This document shows positions 22,986 through 34,370 of a stretch of DNA of 64,000 nucleotides, piece after piece. Numbering within the stretch: position 1 is the first letter of the stretch; each line of letters begins with the position of its first letter. The stretch covers positions 62,001 to 126,000 of the forward strand of contig JBDOQK010000060.1 in the NCBI GenBank assembly GCA_040437565.1, read 5' to 3'. A program made the position numbers and the translations under genes. Origin of the DNA: Albugo candida (taxonomy: Eukaryota). The notes below the pieces were generated by a model, which was not told the DNA's origin, ran no database searches, and worked only from the letters and a program-made list of their open reading frames with translations.

Positions 22986-24614
22986 TCAAGCACACGCTTT
23001 AGGTTCCCGCGAGGAATGAATTCCTTTTTCCGTCGCACAATCAATTGAGTGAGTAAGTGCTTTCGTCTCTTTTTGTGTCTTGAACTGAATCTCCTTCAGC
23101 TTTCGGTGTTCGGTCAATTTAATGGCGTGACGCATTTGTCGATTATCGTCTTCATCTTCTTCTATCGATTCATGTGGAGTGATTTCGTTAACAATGTGAA
23201 TTTTCGACGCGTTCCGAAGGCGTTGAATAGCTATCGGTAATCCATTATGTGCGTTGGATCCGTTCGTCAATTGGAATCTGGAATCCAAAATGCTCGATCG
23301 TGCTTCCGACGTTCCATATTCCGGCACGATTTGCGAGAATTGAAGCGATTGATCTTCTGTAAGAGGCTGTCGCGACCATTGAATTCTCAATGCAATTGTA
23401 AGACTATGACAAAGCATCGAAGCAAACGGATCCAAAGTGTCCAATTCAGTCACTTCATTAGGTTCGAGACACTGAAGCAAGCTAAAGGTATTCTGTATTC
23501 CTTGCTGAATGCGTGAGAGAGATCGAAGGCTCTGTAGGAATTTGTTTTTGGCTTCAGTCTTCTCCGTCGATATCGATGCGAGTTGTTCCGTCAGCGACTC
23601 TGTTTGTTTTATCTCCGACAATGGCGCTATCAGCGAAGTTTCCAGATCGCGAATGAGTTCATTTTGTGCATCACAATGCATCCGCAATCGATCATTTTCA
23701 GTGACCATTTCTTTCTCTGTTTGATTGAAATGCTGCCTGGATGTCTCAAACGCGCGGAAACGATCCAAAACGATTTGTCCATGCACTTCATTGGTCTCAC
23801 TCAACAATCGATCGTACTCTGCTTCTATTAAAGAAGAATCCTGCGGCAATTCCAATGGCGTATACTCTTTATGCTCAACCTTTTTGAGGTCAGTATTCTT
23901 TTCGAAATGACTTGGAAGCGCGTGGATGATCTGCATGATGCCAAGTCGCTGTTGATCGGCTTGTTGACGCTGCATGAAGACCCGCTTTCGACACTCCAAC
24001 TCATGCTGCATCGATGTCCATCCAATCATCCAATGATGCCGATTCAATTCTCGTTCATCAGCGACGCATTTCCTCCGTCGATCCCATTCAGCGACCGCAT
24101 TACGCTCTTGCATGAGCTTACTCTCAAGGGTTCCAAGCTCACGTTCGAGAGTGCATTTGGTTTCCTCCATCACTTTCAACATCGACGTATGCATTTGATT
24201 CTGCCGTTCGAGATCGTCAATGACGAATTTCAATCGTTTTATATACATTTCCTGGCGTGCGATTTCGTCTTTCAGCGGTTGGAACGCGTTCACTGTGGAA
24301 ACTTTGGTTCCATTCTTCTCCACAGCAATTTGAAGACGTTGCTGAAGCGTATAAAGCTCTTTCTTCTTCTTACAAAGCGTTGCCTGCAGCTGGAAGAATA
24401 TCGCGTGTCCCTGCACCGTTGCTTGACGCTGGAAGGCAATCTCTTCCTTCAGCACTTTGGAGGTCGCAATCGCCGATTGCGGTCGAATACGTTGAGTATT
24501 GCGCTTGTGCAAAGGCCTTACCGGTTGATGTTGACTAATTGGCTGTGATTCATACGTCTCAGCTTTCGATCGAGCGCGCGCGGTGGCCGACTGCGGTCTC
24601 AAGATTTGGACCAT
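22986..24614 (-). CDS. Long coiled-coil protein, possibly flagellar (outer dynein arm docking complex-like)
   Basis: 542 aa ORF with heptad-rich E/Q/K/L composition and two N-terminal RPQSA motifs. The family assignment is tentative. Confidence 0.6.
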   Translation of the reverse strand: MVQILRPQSATARARSKAETYESQPISQHQPVRPLHKRNTQRIRPQSAIATSKVLKEEIAFQRQATVQGHAIFFQLQATLCKKKKELYTLQQRLQIAVEKNGTKVSTVNAFQPLKDEIARQEMYIKRLKFVIDDLERQNQMHTSMLKVMEETKCTLERELGTLESKLMQERNAVAEWDRRRKCVADERELNRHHWMIGWTSMQHELECRKRVFMQRQQADQQRLGIMQIIHALPSHFEKNTDLKKVEHKEYTPLELPQDSSLIEAEYDRLLSETNEVHGQIVLDRFRAFETSRQHFNQTEKEMVTENDRLRMHCDAQNELIRDLETSLIAPLSEIKQTESLTEQLASISTEKTEAKNKFLQSLRSLSRIQQGIQNTFSLLQCLEPNEVTELDTLDPFASMLCHSLTIALRIQWSRQPLTEDQSLQFSQIVPEYGTSEARSSILDSRFQLTNGSNAHNGLPIAIQRLRNASKIHIVNEITPHESIEEDEDDNRQMRHAIKLTEHRKLKEIQFKTQKETKALTHSIDCATEKGIHSSREPKACA

Positions 24615-24671
24615 TTGGAACTATTTCGAGAACGAATGGAATTGAAACGGCGTTTTATTACACATTTTTAT

Positions 24672-25421
24672 TTATTCACAAGCTTTCCATCGCGCGTGGA
24701 GACCGTGTGATTGTGCCTGAGCTCTTAGCAGCTCTTTTACCAATTTTTTGTTCTCCTTCCGGCGCGATGGTTTTCGAATTGTTTCTGGCGCTTTCGACAC
24801 AGTTTTTCGACTCACAAGCTGCCAATCTTCTTCAGAATCACTTTCCATCTCTTTCGGGACATTCGATTGCGCGGCTTTCATGCTTTCGGATGCGTCAAAT
24901 GGAAGAATGTATATGTCTGGAACTCGGTACTCGATCTCTCCGTCGTCGTATTTCAAGTGGTATTCGTTGCCTCGACGGATCTACAGCGGTTCATGAGGTC
25001 GAGCAATGAAATGGCATTCGCATACCTCTTTGATTGTGGCGGGAAACCATTCATTCCCGCGTTTATATCGAGCGATCACTTTTTCATCGGTTTGGTATCG
25101 CGTTATCATCGAAATTGGCAATGTTTCGCGTTGAAGAGGACGTTCATTTATTTCGGAAGCGATTTCATTCGATTTTGGAAAAATATCTTCTGGCGGTACG
25201 TTCGGAAGTATCGAATCGGAATCGGAGCTTTTCACTTTTTTTTTACTTTTTTTTTTCTTTTTTTTAGACATTGTACGCTTTTTTGATGGCACATGAAGAG
25301 ATTTTGATGTTTGGAATTGTTGGAGCCATTTGAATGCGAAAAAAGAGAGCAACAAAACACTCACACCGCCGACATAGCGATACAAAAATGCATTCCATAT
25401 TTCCGAGCGATCGCCAAACAT
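24672..25421 (-). CDS. Membrane-anchored Tudor/Agenet-like domain protein, 2 exons
   Basis: N-terminal hydrophobic helix, poly-Lys tract, then VIARYKRGNEWFPATIKE|...YHLKYDDGEIEYRV (Tudor-like). Confidence 0.7.
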
Positions 25422-25594
25422 CAGGCACTGTCCTATACTAGGTATGCGAATAGCGTGGTGGGTATAAACAAGGATTCACGAGTATCGGCTTGCTACCGCG
25501 GGAGAAAACAAGAGTTTGTATGCGTGCAGTACGGGAAAAGCGGAATGTGTAGTGGAGTTTCAAGAGTCACTGTCAGAACACGAGATATTCCGAT

Positions 25595-26886
25595 TTAGAG
25601 GCTATTCGATTTCTGGATTTTGAGCGAGAAGTCCAAGCACGGATAGCCTAGAGTATGCGTCAGACTCTCTCTTGCTGGATAGCTGCCACGTACCTTGTGT
25701 AAGGCTGCCCTGACTGATGATATCGACGTGCGGTGACGTGTATTCGACAATATTTACCGCTGTGATCCCACCGCTGGCTTCAATCAAGACATGAGAAAAC
25801 CTTTCCTTGAGAGATTGTGCGACCGATCGCAATACGTCGGGTCTCATGTTGTCCAGCATCACAATGTCCGCTCCGGCTGTCGCCTGCATCTCATCGTCAT
25901 CAATGTATCGTACAAGTGAATGGATATCTCACCGCTTCTTCGGCTTCCTTTTGGTTCTGACATTCCACTTCGATTTTTATATGGAAGCCTGCGACTTTCT
26001 TAGCACAAGAAACCGCTTTTGTGATACTTCCAGCAGCCCAAATATGATTATCTGATCCATTCGATTCTGACGGTCAGTATGGAAACAACGGCTTTGTGAT
26101 TGACATTCACCTTTGAGCATCACCATTTGGGACAAATCGTGACGATGTGTGCTGACACCGGCGACCATCAACGCGTATTTCTCAATCAGACGGAATCCTG
26201 GCGTTGTTTTTCGCGTTCCAGAAAGGTGTCCATTCCATCCAAATTGGCGTGCGATTTCGAGTGTTTCGAAAGCCTACGATTTATTTGTACTGGAAAGTGG
26301 CTCTGTGGATGCAAATGACGTCTACCTGTGTGGCGATACCGCTGGCACGAGTGAGAATATTGAGAGCGGTACGCTCTCCGAGAAGAATGTTGCGACACTT
26401 TCCAGTGATTTCAGCGACAATTACTTTATTGGTATCAGTGTCTTTGAGATCGATTTTGGACCCTTCTGTCAGCTTCCATTCGACTGTACAATCGAGTTTC
26501 TTGAAGATTTCTAGTGAGAGGATGTGAGAGCGTGTGATGGAAGAGAATGGAATGCACCTTCAAAAAATGGAACGCCGGCAAGGATTCCGTCCGATTTGCC
26601 GAATAAAAGTGCTTTTTTTATCGATTCTGCACGAAATACGGCGATTAGAGAGGGATACAGCATTATGGAGCATATGTGCGACCGCCTACTACGTAGCCGC
26701 CAATGTCAAAGGATGGGATATCGTCTTCGAGCCACATTTGAATGTGTTTTTTCCATGTCGGAGGAAGCAAATNNNNNNNNNNNNNNNNNNNNNNNNNNNN
26801 NNNNNNNNNNNNNNNNNNNNNNNNNNNNNNNNNNNNNNNNNNNNNNNNNNNNNNNNNNNNNNNNNNNNNNNNAGCAAATGCGCCAT
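25595..26886 (-). CDS. QPRT: Nicotinate-nucleotide pyrophosphorylase (quinolinate phosphoribosyltransferase), multi-exon
   Basis: [50 protein letters not shown] and LDFSLKI. The gap flanks overlap (agcaaat), giving MAHLLPPTW. Confidence 0.92.
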
Positions 26887-27620
26887 GCAACTTGGACCTG
26901 ACATTGTGTGCGGAACATTGTATACGGTGGGATGTGGTGTACACTAAGTAAGGCTGGTATGGGCGGTGGTTGATGCAGCTCCCAATCTTTTATTAATGGG
27001 CGACAAATAGGGTGAGACGGATGTTTTCTGAATGTGAATCAGATGGAGATGGTTTCTGACATCACAAATGAATTGACTATCTTAGCGGTTGTATGGTTGC
27101 GTTTTTATATTAGTAGCTCGTTTTATAAAGGAGTAAGTCGAGTATTTGGTAGTATGGTGCACAAGCTTTTCTGCTGCTGGAAGCAATATTTGCACATTAA
27201 ATGAACATACCCCATTCGTACTTCAAGTACGAGCTTTCGACATATTTTATAAAAAGGTAATGAGTTCATCTGATTATGGTGTCACATAAAGCAGCAAGTC
27301 GGCAGGAGTGAGAGTCTTATGTTATCTGATAAGGGTGCTGCGGCCTTCAACATTGAGAATATGCATTCAGATAATCGATACACAACGGCACTGCTATAGA
27401 TAGTTGGGTTATCGCCAGTGTGAATACCTGAGAAGTGCGGACTCGATCGAACTTATGCGGTTTTCATACACGATACTGAAGGTAATTACGATTTTGTTAC
27501 AACGGTTGACAACTGGTTACGCCGAAGCTATTATAATTCAATAAAAGAGTTTCAAAACTTTTATTACATGAAATACGCAGAAAGAAACATTCTTTGGTAT
27601 CACCATATCGCCCGCCGCAC

Positions 27621-27998
27621 TTAAACCGTACTCGGACGTGGCTTTGGCAGCACACATCGATACGAGTTCTTTCCATTACTCTGGCAAATCGAGTCTTCCG
27701 ATATACTACAGAGTGTACATCCGTTTTCGCACAAACCGCTCGCTTCCTTGAGTGGGCATTTCCCAAAATGAGTCCCAGAGCACTCTGTACCGTTTTCCGC
27801 AGTAACAACAAAAGAGCCCGAATTCTCAATCGGTAACAACCTGCAATGATCCTTTTCGTAATCACATGAATTCAATTCCAAAGGTAGACACACTTTTGGA
27901 AGATCTGAAGTAGCCGGAGTCGTCTCGCTGTCTGCGTCCGTAAGCTCAATGCCCGTGAAGGCAGTCACCAACGCCGTGAGAATCCATTGAATGCGCAT
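27621..27998 (-). CDS. Small cysteine-rich secreted protein (125 aa, 10 Cys), candidate apoplastic effector
   Basis: Signal peptide MRIQWILTALVTAFTGIELTDA and ten Cys in the mature part. Gene-poor DNA flanks it on both sides. Confidence 0.75.
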   Translation of the reverse strand: MRIQWILTALVTAFTGIELTDADSETTPATSDLPKVCLPLELNSCDYEKDHCRLLPIENSGSFVVTAENGTECSGTHFGKCPLKEASGLCENGCTLCSISEDSICQSNGKNSYRCVLPKPRPSTV

Positions 27999-29543
27999 GA
28001 CTGTTTGCAGGTAATCAAATAATGAGCTTTCGATCCATCGCACAGTCAGAGAATACGGAATTGACGATAGCGAAGTTTCTATCGATTAAAAAAATGTGTG
28101 AGAATTTGTGTATGCGTAACCAGGATACGACCATAACCCTCGTTTATTGTGGGATAGCGCCTGCGTGAGAAAGGGGCCGTATCGGAGGGATACCTACCCA
28201 TTGATACTTGGTGCATTCATCATCTTTACATCAAATTACGGACAACTATTGCGTTCTTTCCAAAAATTGAAGCTTAGTAACTGTCCACGTAGCCGGAAAG
28301 TTACATCAGTATCGTTTAGCCTCCAGGTTTTGTCCGAGAACCTTACCTAACGAGGTTAGTCTCCTCACTACTCGAAGAAAGTGGAGGAAAAGAAGCTTTG
28401 GAACAGCAATCACATCTGTTAAGTCGGCTAGAAGCATAAAAAGGCAGAGTCATTAGGGAGTTACAGTCCATTCGGGGACAGTTATGCTGTTATAAAATCA
28501 TCCAAGGTTCGAGGGGTATTGAGGATGACCATAAAAATGGAAAGGAACTTTGGCTTTACCCACAATATCGCTTGCTGAACATATGTGCTCTACTAACGTG
28601 CATTTCTGACATATCGCCATTATTCCTGTTAGTCTATGTGTATATTGTTGAAATCTGGAATTGGTTCGAATCAGATAGATAGGGTCTTTCTCGAAAATTA
28701 TGTTTGTATGGTAATTTTCAGCACTACTAGTGAGACTAACAATACTCCACCATGCGCATGTAGCCGGTAATTGCGCTAGTCGCTGCAACCATCCAGTGTG
28801 GTTGGTATGTATACGCTGTGAGTGAGTACACAAGTATTTCCGATAGTGGTCTTGAAAGAAGCATTCTGCAAATTCGATTTGTCATCTTAAACAAAAGCGG
28901 CGACAGTTGTGTTCTTCAACTAGTGACATAGTCGTAGAGAGCTTCTGGCACCTGCTACAATTTATATCCGCTCCTCGCTTTTTATTATCAAAAGTGCTAT
29001 ATGCTTCAATATGACTTGTACTTGACGAGAATGCTTCGTAAAAGCCTTCGGTATCAAGCCGAGCTTTAGCTTGTATAAAGACACAAGTTGATCTACCTTG
29101 ATTCCGACGACGGCGATGCTACCTGATCTGCCAGATCGTTCTTTTCACACGTAGAATAATAGAGGTAGTCAGCGTGAGGTGACGTTTCGCACCAATGTGC
29201 ATAACAAAACATTCCGAACCAGGACTCGTTGACTACATCGATAGACTATGGCTGATATCAATCAACTTTACAGTCCTTGTGTCGGTTCTTTAACTTAAAT
29301 TAGTAGCTTTGGATAAAAATGCCGTCAAAGCGAAAGAACCACACGTAAGAAAAGAAGAATGAATGCGTTTACGTGGCACAATAGTTTTCAATTGCAAGCA
29401 ATACCGTTAAACAGTGGCATAAACAAGGTATTGAGCCGACGACCATATGTCCACTTAAGGTATGTCAGACCTATATATTACTTATTTGATGATAAGCATG
29501 CGCTCTAAAGAAGTTGAACCCAACAGTGGACTAGTGAAAGAAT

Positions 29544-29615
29544 TGCGCATGCCCGGATTCGAACCGGGGATATCACGGCCACAACGTGAGGTACTGACCA
29601 CTATACTACATACGC
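29544..29615 (-). tRNA. trnH-GUG: tRNA-His(GUG), A73 discriminator, genomic G at position -1 (29616)
   Basis: GCGTATG TA GTAT AGTGGTCA GTAC C TCACG TTGTGGC CGTGA TATC CCCGG TTCGAAT CCGGG CATGCGC A forms a full cloverleaf. It is followed by ATTCTTT. Confidence 0.96.
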
Positions 29616-29616
29616 C

Positions 29617-29684
29617 AAGGGACGCCGGGTTTCGATCCCGGGTCCTTTCGACTAGCGAACGCCTTTCCGACAAGCTACATCCCT
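29617..29684 (-). ncRNA. tRNA-like element (tRNA-Ala-like body, truncated anticodon arm) fused directly upstream of tRNA-His
   Basis: AGGGATG TA GCTT GTCGGAA AGGC G TTCG CTAGT CGAA AGGAC CCGGG ATCGAAA CCCGG CGTCCCT T. Acceptor, D and T stems pair, while the anticodon arm has only 4 bp and a 5 nt loop. Confidence 0.85.
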
Positions 29685-29835
29685 TCACAGTAATCTTTGC
29701 TCAAAACGTATTATAATGAAAACATACTTAACCCCAGATAAATAAAAAAACTTATTTTGATTCGTCAAGACATTTGGTATCCGCCAATCGGATTGAGTAC
29801 AACCATTAAGTGGCTTACAAGCACTTCACCACCCA

Positions 29836-30729
29836 ATGCATCTGCTCCATTTCAATCGCTTCATACGCCCGTGTCGTTTCCATTCCACACTCCAAACAGC
29901 AGCCCCCATCTCTCCTGTTCTACTCTCTCCCTATCCTAATGGAAAGAAAAGAACGGGTTTATTAGCTGTTAAAATCGGAATGATTTCTGTGTGGGACTTT
30001 TACGGCGTCGCACACGGGTGCACAGTACTCCAAGTCGAAGAATGTCAAGTCACACAGGTCAAAACTAGCGATATCCACGGATTTGACGCTCTCCAATTGG
30101 GAGTCGGTTTGCGTAAGCCTCGAAATGTGGTCAAACCGCTTATGGGCCATCTCAAAAAAGCCGGAGTTGCTCCAAAACGGCAATTACAAGAGTTTCGCGT
30201 GTCGCAGGAAGGTGTCTTACCCGCTGGAACAACACTCAACGCAACCCACTTCGTTCCTGGGCAATTTGTCGATGTGTGTGGGATCAGGTACGCAAAGAAC
30301 CAGCGTAGGCTTAGAGACTAACTGTGTGCTTGAAGCAAAGGGAAGGGATTTCAAGGGGTTATGAAGCTCCATAATTTCTCAGGGCAACCAGCTTCCCACG
30401 GAAACTCGAAGACACATCGACATATGGGCTCTACGGGTCAATGTCAAGACCCAGGAAGAGTATTCAAGGGGAAAAAGATGCCTGGGCGTATGGGGAATAG
30501 ACGCGTCACGCGAGATAATCTTTGGATTGTGAAGATCGATACGATTCGAAATCTTCTCTATGTGAAAGGAAGCGTGCCGGGGAATAAAGGGAGTATCGTT
30601 CGTGTCACGGATGCTCGAAAAAAGACTCCACCGGTGCCTCTACCGTTCCCAACCTTTATCTCTCAGGAAGAACTTCCAGCAGAATTACTGGCGCCACATA
30701 GTTCTACGGATCCGTTCCATTATGACTAA
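29836..30729 (+). CDS. MRPL3: Mitochondrial ribosomal protein uL3m, 2 exons
   Basis: Presequence-like N-terminus, [57 protein letters not shown]. Intron ~30288-30335. Confidence 0.95.
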
Positions 30730-32074
30730 ATATGCTTGCAACGTTTTGATTTGGCTTTTCTTTTTTTGCGTCTGGTTTTGGTTCCCTGATTGTCCGTAAA
30801 GTAGAGACTCGAGCCATTGTCAATCGGTTGTGTTGATCCTTCCTTCAAGAAGCTTTCATACGCCTACAAGTATATAGTGAGTCAAAAGCCGAAATCCCCT
30901 GAAAATACGTACTCGCACAAAGGTATCGAACATCGATGCGGAAATGACAGTTTCTTGCATGATGGACGCAGCCGGCTTATGAGCGAATTTCGCGAGCATT
31001 TTGCATTTTGGGTTGGCGGATGAATTGGCCCATTGACAAAATCCGATTGGAAGTAATTGTTTTCCAAGTGATACTCCAAATTCAGACATTTTGGGAGCGT
31101 ACTTGATCGCACCGGTACAAAACCGGTAGCAGGAAATCGTGTTGAGAAATATCATCTCGTGCTTGCTCTCAGGTGCTTTTTGAGAGAATGCCGCTTCACA
31201 TAACTGGGTCAGAGTTTCATGAGCGCAATAAATTTTACTTCGATGCATTTCTAAGAGCACATCCATGAGCCAATTTTTTGTGAGGTTGGATTCTGTATAC
31301 GATAAAGTATTGTAATAAACGACAAGTTGAATGGCTTTATTGATGAAAGCGTCGTTTTGACTGGCAGAATTGACTGCAATCAAGCATACTGCAGCTCGCG
31401 TTATCGATGCGCTTGATTCAACTGGATCGATTTTTGACGAATCATCAAATGGATCAGATGATTTGATTGATGGAAATAGAAGAAGTGTTGTCCATAATTT
31501 CAAATGAATGTTCCGGATGCGTTCACAGTCGTGTGCTGCAATTTGTTCCCATTGTCTGAGCAAGGCGGTTGTACAGCTACACATGTCATTGATGCTGCGA
31601 GTCTCGTCCTGGATAGATTTTTGATCGCTTTGAAGTCGGCAAAGCTGCTTTTTCGTCCACGACGCTTCCAAATGGACGATGAGTTTCGACGGACTCGTCA
31701 GTGTTAAGGTTTCATTCTCGCTTTCTGGTGCCTCCGAAATCGTAAATGCGCTTTGTTTGAACAGCGTACTTAGTGATTCGGCTGCGACGGGAACGAATTG
31801 AGCGATGTTCGTAATGAGAAATGTTTGGAGCGGTACTGCGGGCAGTTTTTTTATCGCTTTGTCCAAGATAGATTGCAGGAACGTAGTATCCATCCAGAAA
31901 AGATCATTTGGAGCTACACTTCTACTTGTACGATCCTTTTCCCAATGGTGGAAAAGCGCTTCACTCCACTGAGCAACGAACTTTGTGGCTTTTGCATTCA
32001 TCTTGATGAGTGGTTCACTGACAAATACCGGTACGAACAGTAAGTAATGGCAGCGCATCATTAGATACTGAGGT
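30726..32074 (-). CDS. Unknown helical protein, probably 5'-truncated by module C; last exon ends LYFTDNQG...[15 protein letters not shown]
   Basis: ORF of more than 380 codons. A phase-0 intron at 30912-30864 (GTACGT...TGTAG) gives a final 46-codon exon. Upstream of ~32075 the sequence belongs to the duplicated block. Confidence 0.6.
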
Positions 32075-32884
32075 ACGATTTGGTCGGACAAGTATTCGGA
32101 AAGGAAATCGGTAACAATTTCGGTACGGTGCACGAGTGTCGGTACTTTTATGTCCGCCACCGACAAAGGGGCCTATAATTGGTTGCTGACGGTCTCCATC
32201 CCGTCGAAGGGATCCCGGCGCCAGTTTGTTTTCTTGCAAAGGCGTACATCGCCCTCCTTCATCGATATCATTGGATAATACTCACACGTCTCCCAAGTGT
32301 CTTGAAGTTGAGCAATGGACGCATTTGGATGCACTACCGCAATGTCATAAAAGACCAAGTTTTTAGCATTGTTCTTATGATCGCATCGATTCTCGAAGGA
32401 GCGTGCATTCACGTTAATACATTCGGCCTGAATATACACCAGCACACCTTCCACCGATTCCGTATTCACAGTATCCATTGCAGCCAGATATGCACTCGTG
32501 CGTGAATGGTGCGAACTCTTCGCAATTGTCACGCGTCCTTGGTCTGTATCGCGCGATTTTGATCGAGTGGATCTTCCGTTGGAGTCATTACAGAGCTCCC
32601 ATGTGGGCCGAAAGTTGAGGTGCGTAGTATGCTACTGCTTTCACCGGATCGGAGTTGAGAGAGTTCATAGTATGGGCATGTAGTACCCGTGGATATGCTG
32701 AAATCAACGTCGTCCACTCCGACTCTAGATTCTTCACCAAGCGTTGATCAGACTGTAAAGCATTTCGGATGATTGAAGAGGTCCCAGGCAGCGTCCACCC
32801 CAAAGTGTCGCTCGATAGCTCCAAAGATGTATGTTGATTTGGCAGTTGGAAGAGTACCAGAAAAACACATCGAATGAATGACAT
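32075..32884 (-). pseudogene. Frameshifted, truncated copy of the secreted protein at 53686 (module C)
   Basis: MSFIRCVFLVLFQL..., SAYLAAMDTVNTESVEGVLVYIQAECINVN and QENKLAPG...GPFVGGGHKSTD occur in different frames. It ends at CCGACCAAATCGT. Confidence 0.88.
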
Positions 32885-33206
32885 CGATGCTTGCTGCTTG
32901 TCGCTTTTGCAACTGAGAGTGTAGTCGATTGGTTTGCGGGCAAATAGGAGTCATATCTAATCAAAAGATTGGTAGCTTTTGATCAATGACAATGATTGAC
33001 AGAAAACTGTCCCAACTTATGAGAAGCGCATCTCTCCATCGCCATCGCTGTCAATGCAATTGCAAGCGTTGAAGAGAAAAGGCTTCAAGTGAAAGAGATA
33101 ATACAANNNNNNNNNNNNNNNNNNNNNNNNNNNNNNNNNNNNNNNNNNNNNNNNNNNNNNNNNNNNNNNNNNNNNNNNNNNNNNNNNNNNNNNNNNNNNN
33201 NNNNNN

Positions 33207-34370
33207 AAAAATGATCTGGAAAGAACAAATGGTCTCTCCATATCCTCTTAATCTCGATATCACGACCAGAGTATTCAATTAATGACGGTAATTGTCGCAC
33301 CAATTGTCCTTCTTAGTCGTTTCTGCATTGGAATCCAAACAAATTTTTACATTCTCGATGCTCCACTCCTTTCATAATTCAAACATCAATACGACGAATC
33401 TCCTGGCCAACACCATCCATGAAAATCGTTTCCAAGCTCATCTTTAACAAAATACCTCAACGATGCGGCTTTGGAATGCACGTACTACGCGGGGTCGATC
33501 TTGATAGGACTCACTATAGCGACAACCTTGCGTCCAACAATCGCCAAGTTCTCTTGCATTGAGAATCGATTTGGAATATGTACCAAATGTGTTGGATCCC
33601 TCGTGAAATACCGTTTTTCATCGGTATGCTCGATATACAGTCACAAGACATCGTACGGGATTTGTGGATCAAAGCCGGCTTTTCTTTAATCAACGTCACG
33701 CTCATTTCTATAGTTCCAGCGACACTGATGGTACCCGAGTTCAAAACAGGAGGCAGCGTGGAAGCGATCGCGGTCAGTGAAACATACTGCTTGGAGAAGG
33801 ATGGCGGTAGAGGTCCAATGAGGAAGAAGACGTACAAGACACCTGACTCACTCATCCAATGACTCTTCTTGCGTCTATTTGCATCCGTTATCACATCCAC
33901 AAACGTTTTCGAAAGATCATACCAAAACGCACCGAAGGAATTGAAAGTCTGGGCGGCTGTCAGAAGAGGAATGGAGCCATAAAAAGCCATTGGAACGTCC
34001 AGTTCGTACCCAAAGACATCGAGATTGTACAGCTGATATGGATCACTTACAATCCCACCATTATGGATGCCACGAAATCGGTCGCGTTGCGCAGGATGTC
34101 CATACAATTGTAGAAGCTGCTGCGAACTGTAAAAAGAGATATCGACGCCAAGGGACCTCGGACCGAATACCGGTCTATCAGTACGATCGACAAAATTCTT
34201 CTCCCAGCTGCTTCGGTTCTAGCATCTGTACTGGTTTTTAATCATGAGAAGCTTTGGCTTGTTTGGCTCGATCGATGTGATAGCGAGACCGTCTTCTCCG
34301 TACTCGACGCTTTCTTTACCGTTGGCCATGTCCTCTATGACATCAACATTACGTTGTCCATGAATACAGC
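33207..34370 (-). pseudogene. Glucosidase II pseudogene fragment (module C)
   Basis: DPYQLYNLDVFGYELDVPMAFYGSIPLL and VEYGEDGLAI are present with frameshifts and a ~147 bp deletion over WNDMNE. The 3' part is hidden by the gap at 33107-33206. Confidence 0.9.

Noticed and set aside
29650-29660. CTA in the loop of the tRNA-like element read as an amber suppressor anticodon
   Set aside because: The loop has 5 nt on a 4-bp stem with no canonical U33 geometry, so decoding is unlikely.
29462-29716. ORFs 29462-29716 (+) and 29482-29688 (-)
   Set aside because: They are incidental frames across the tRNA pair.
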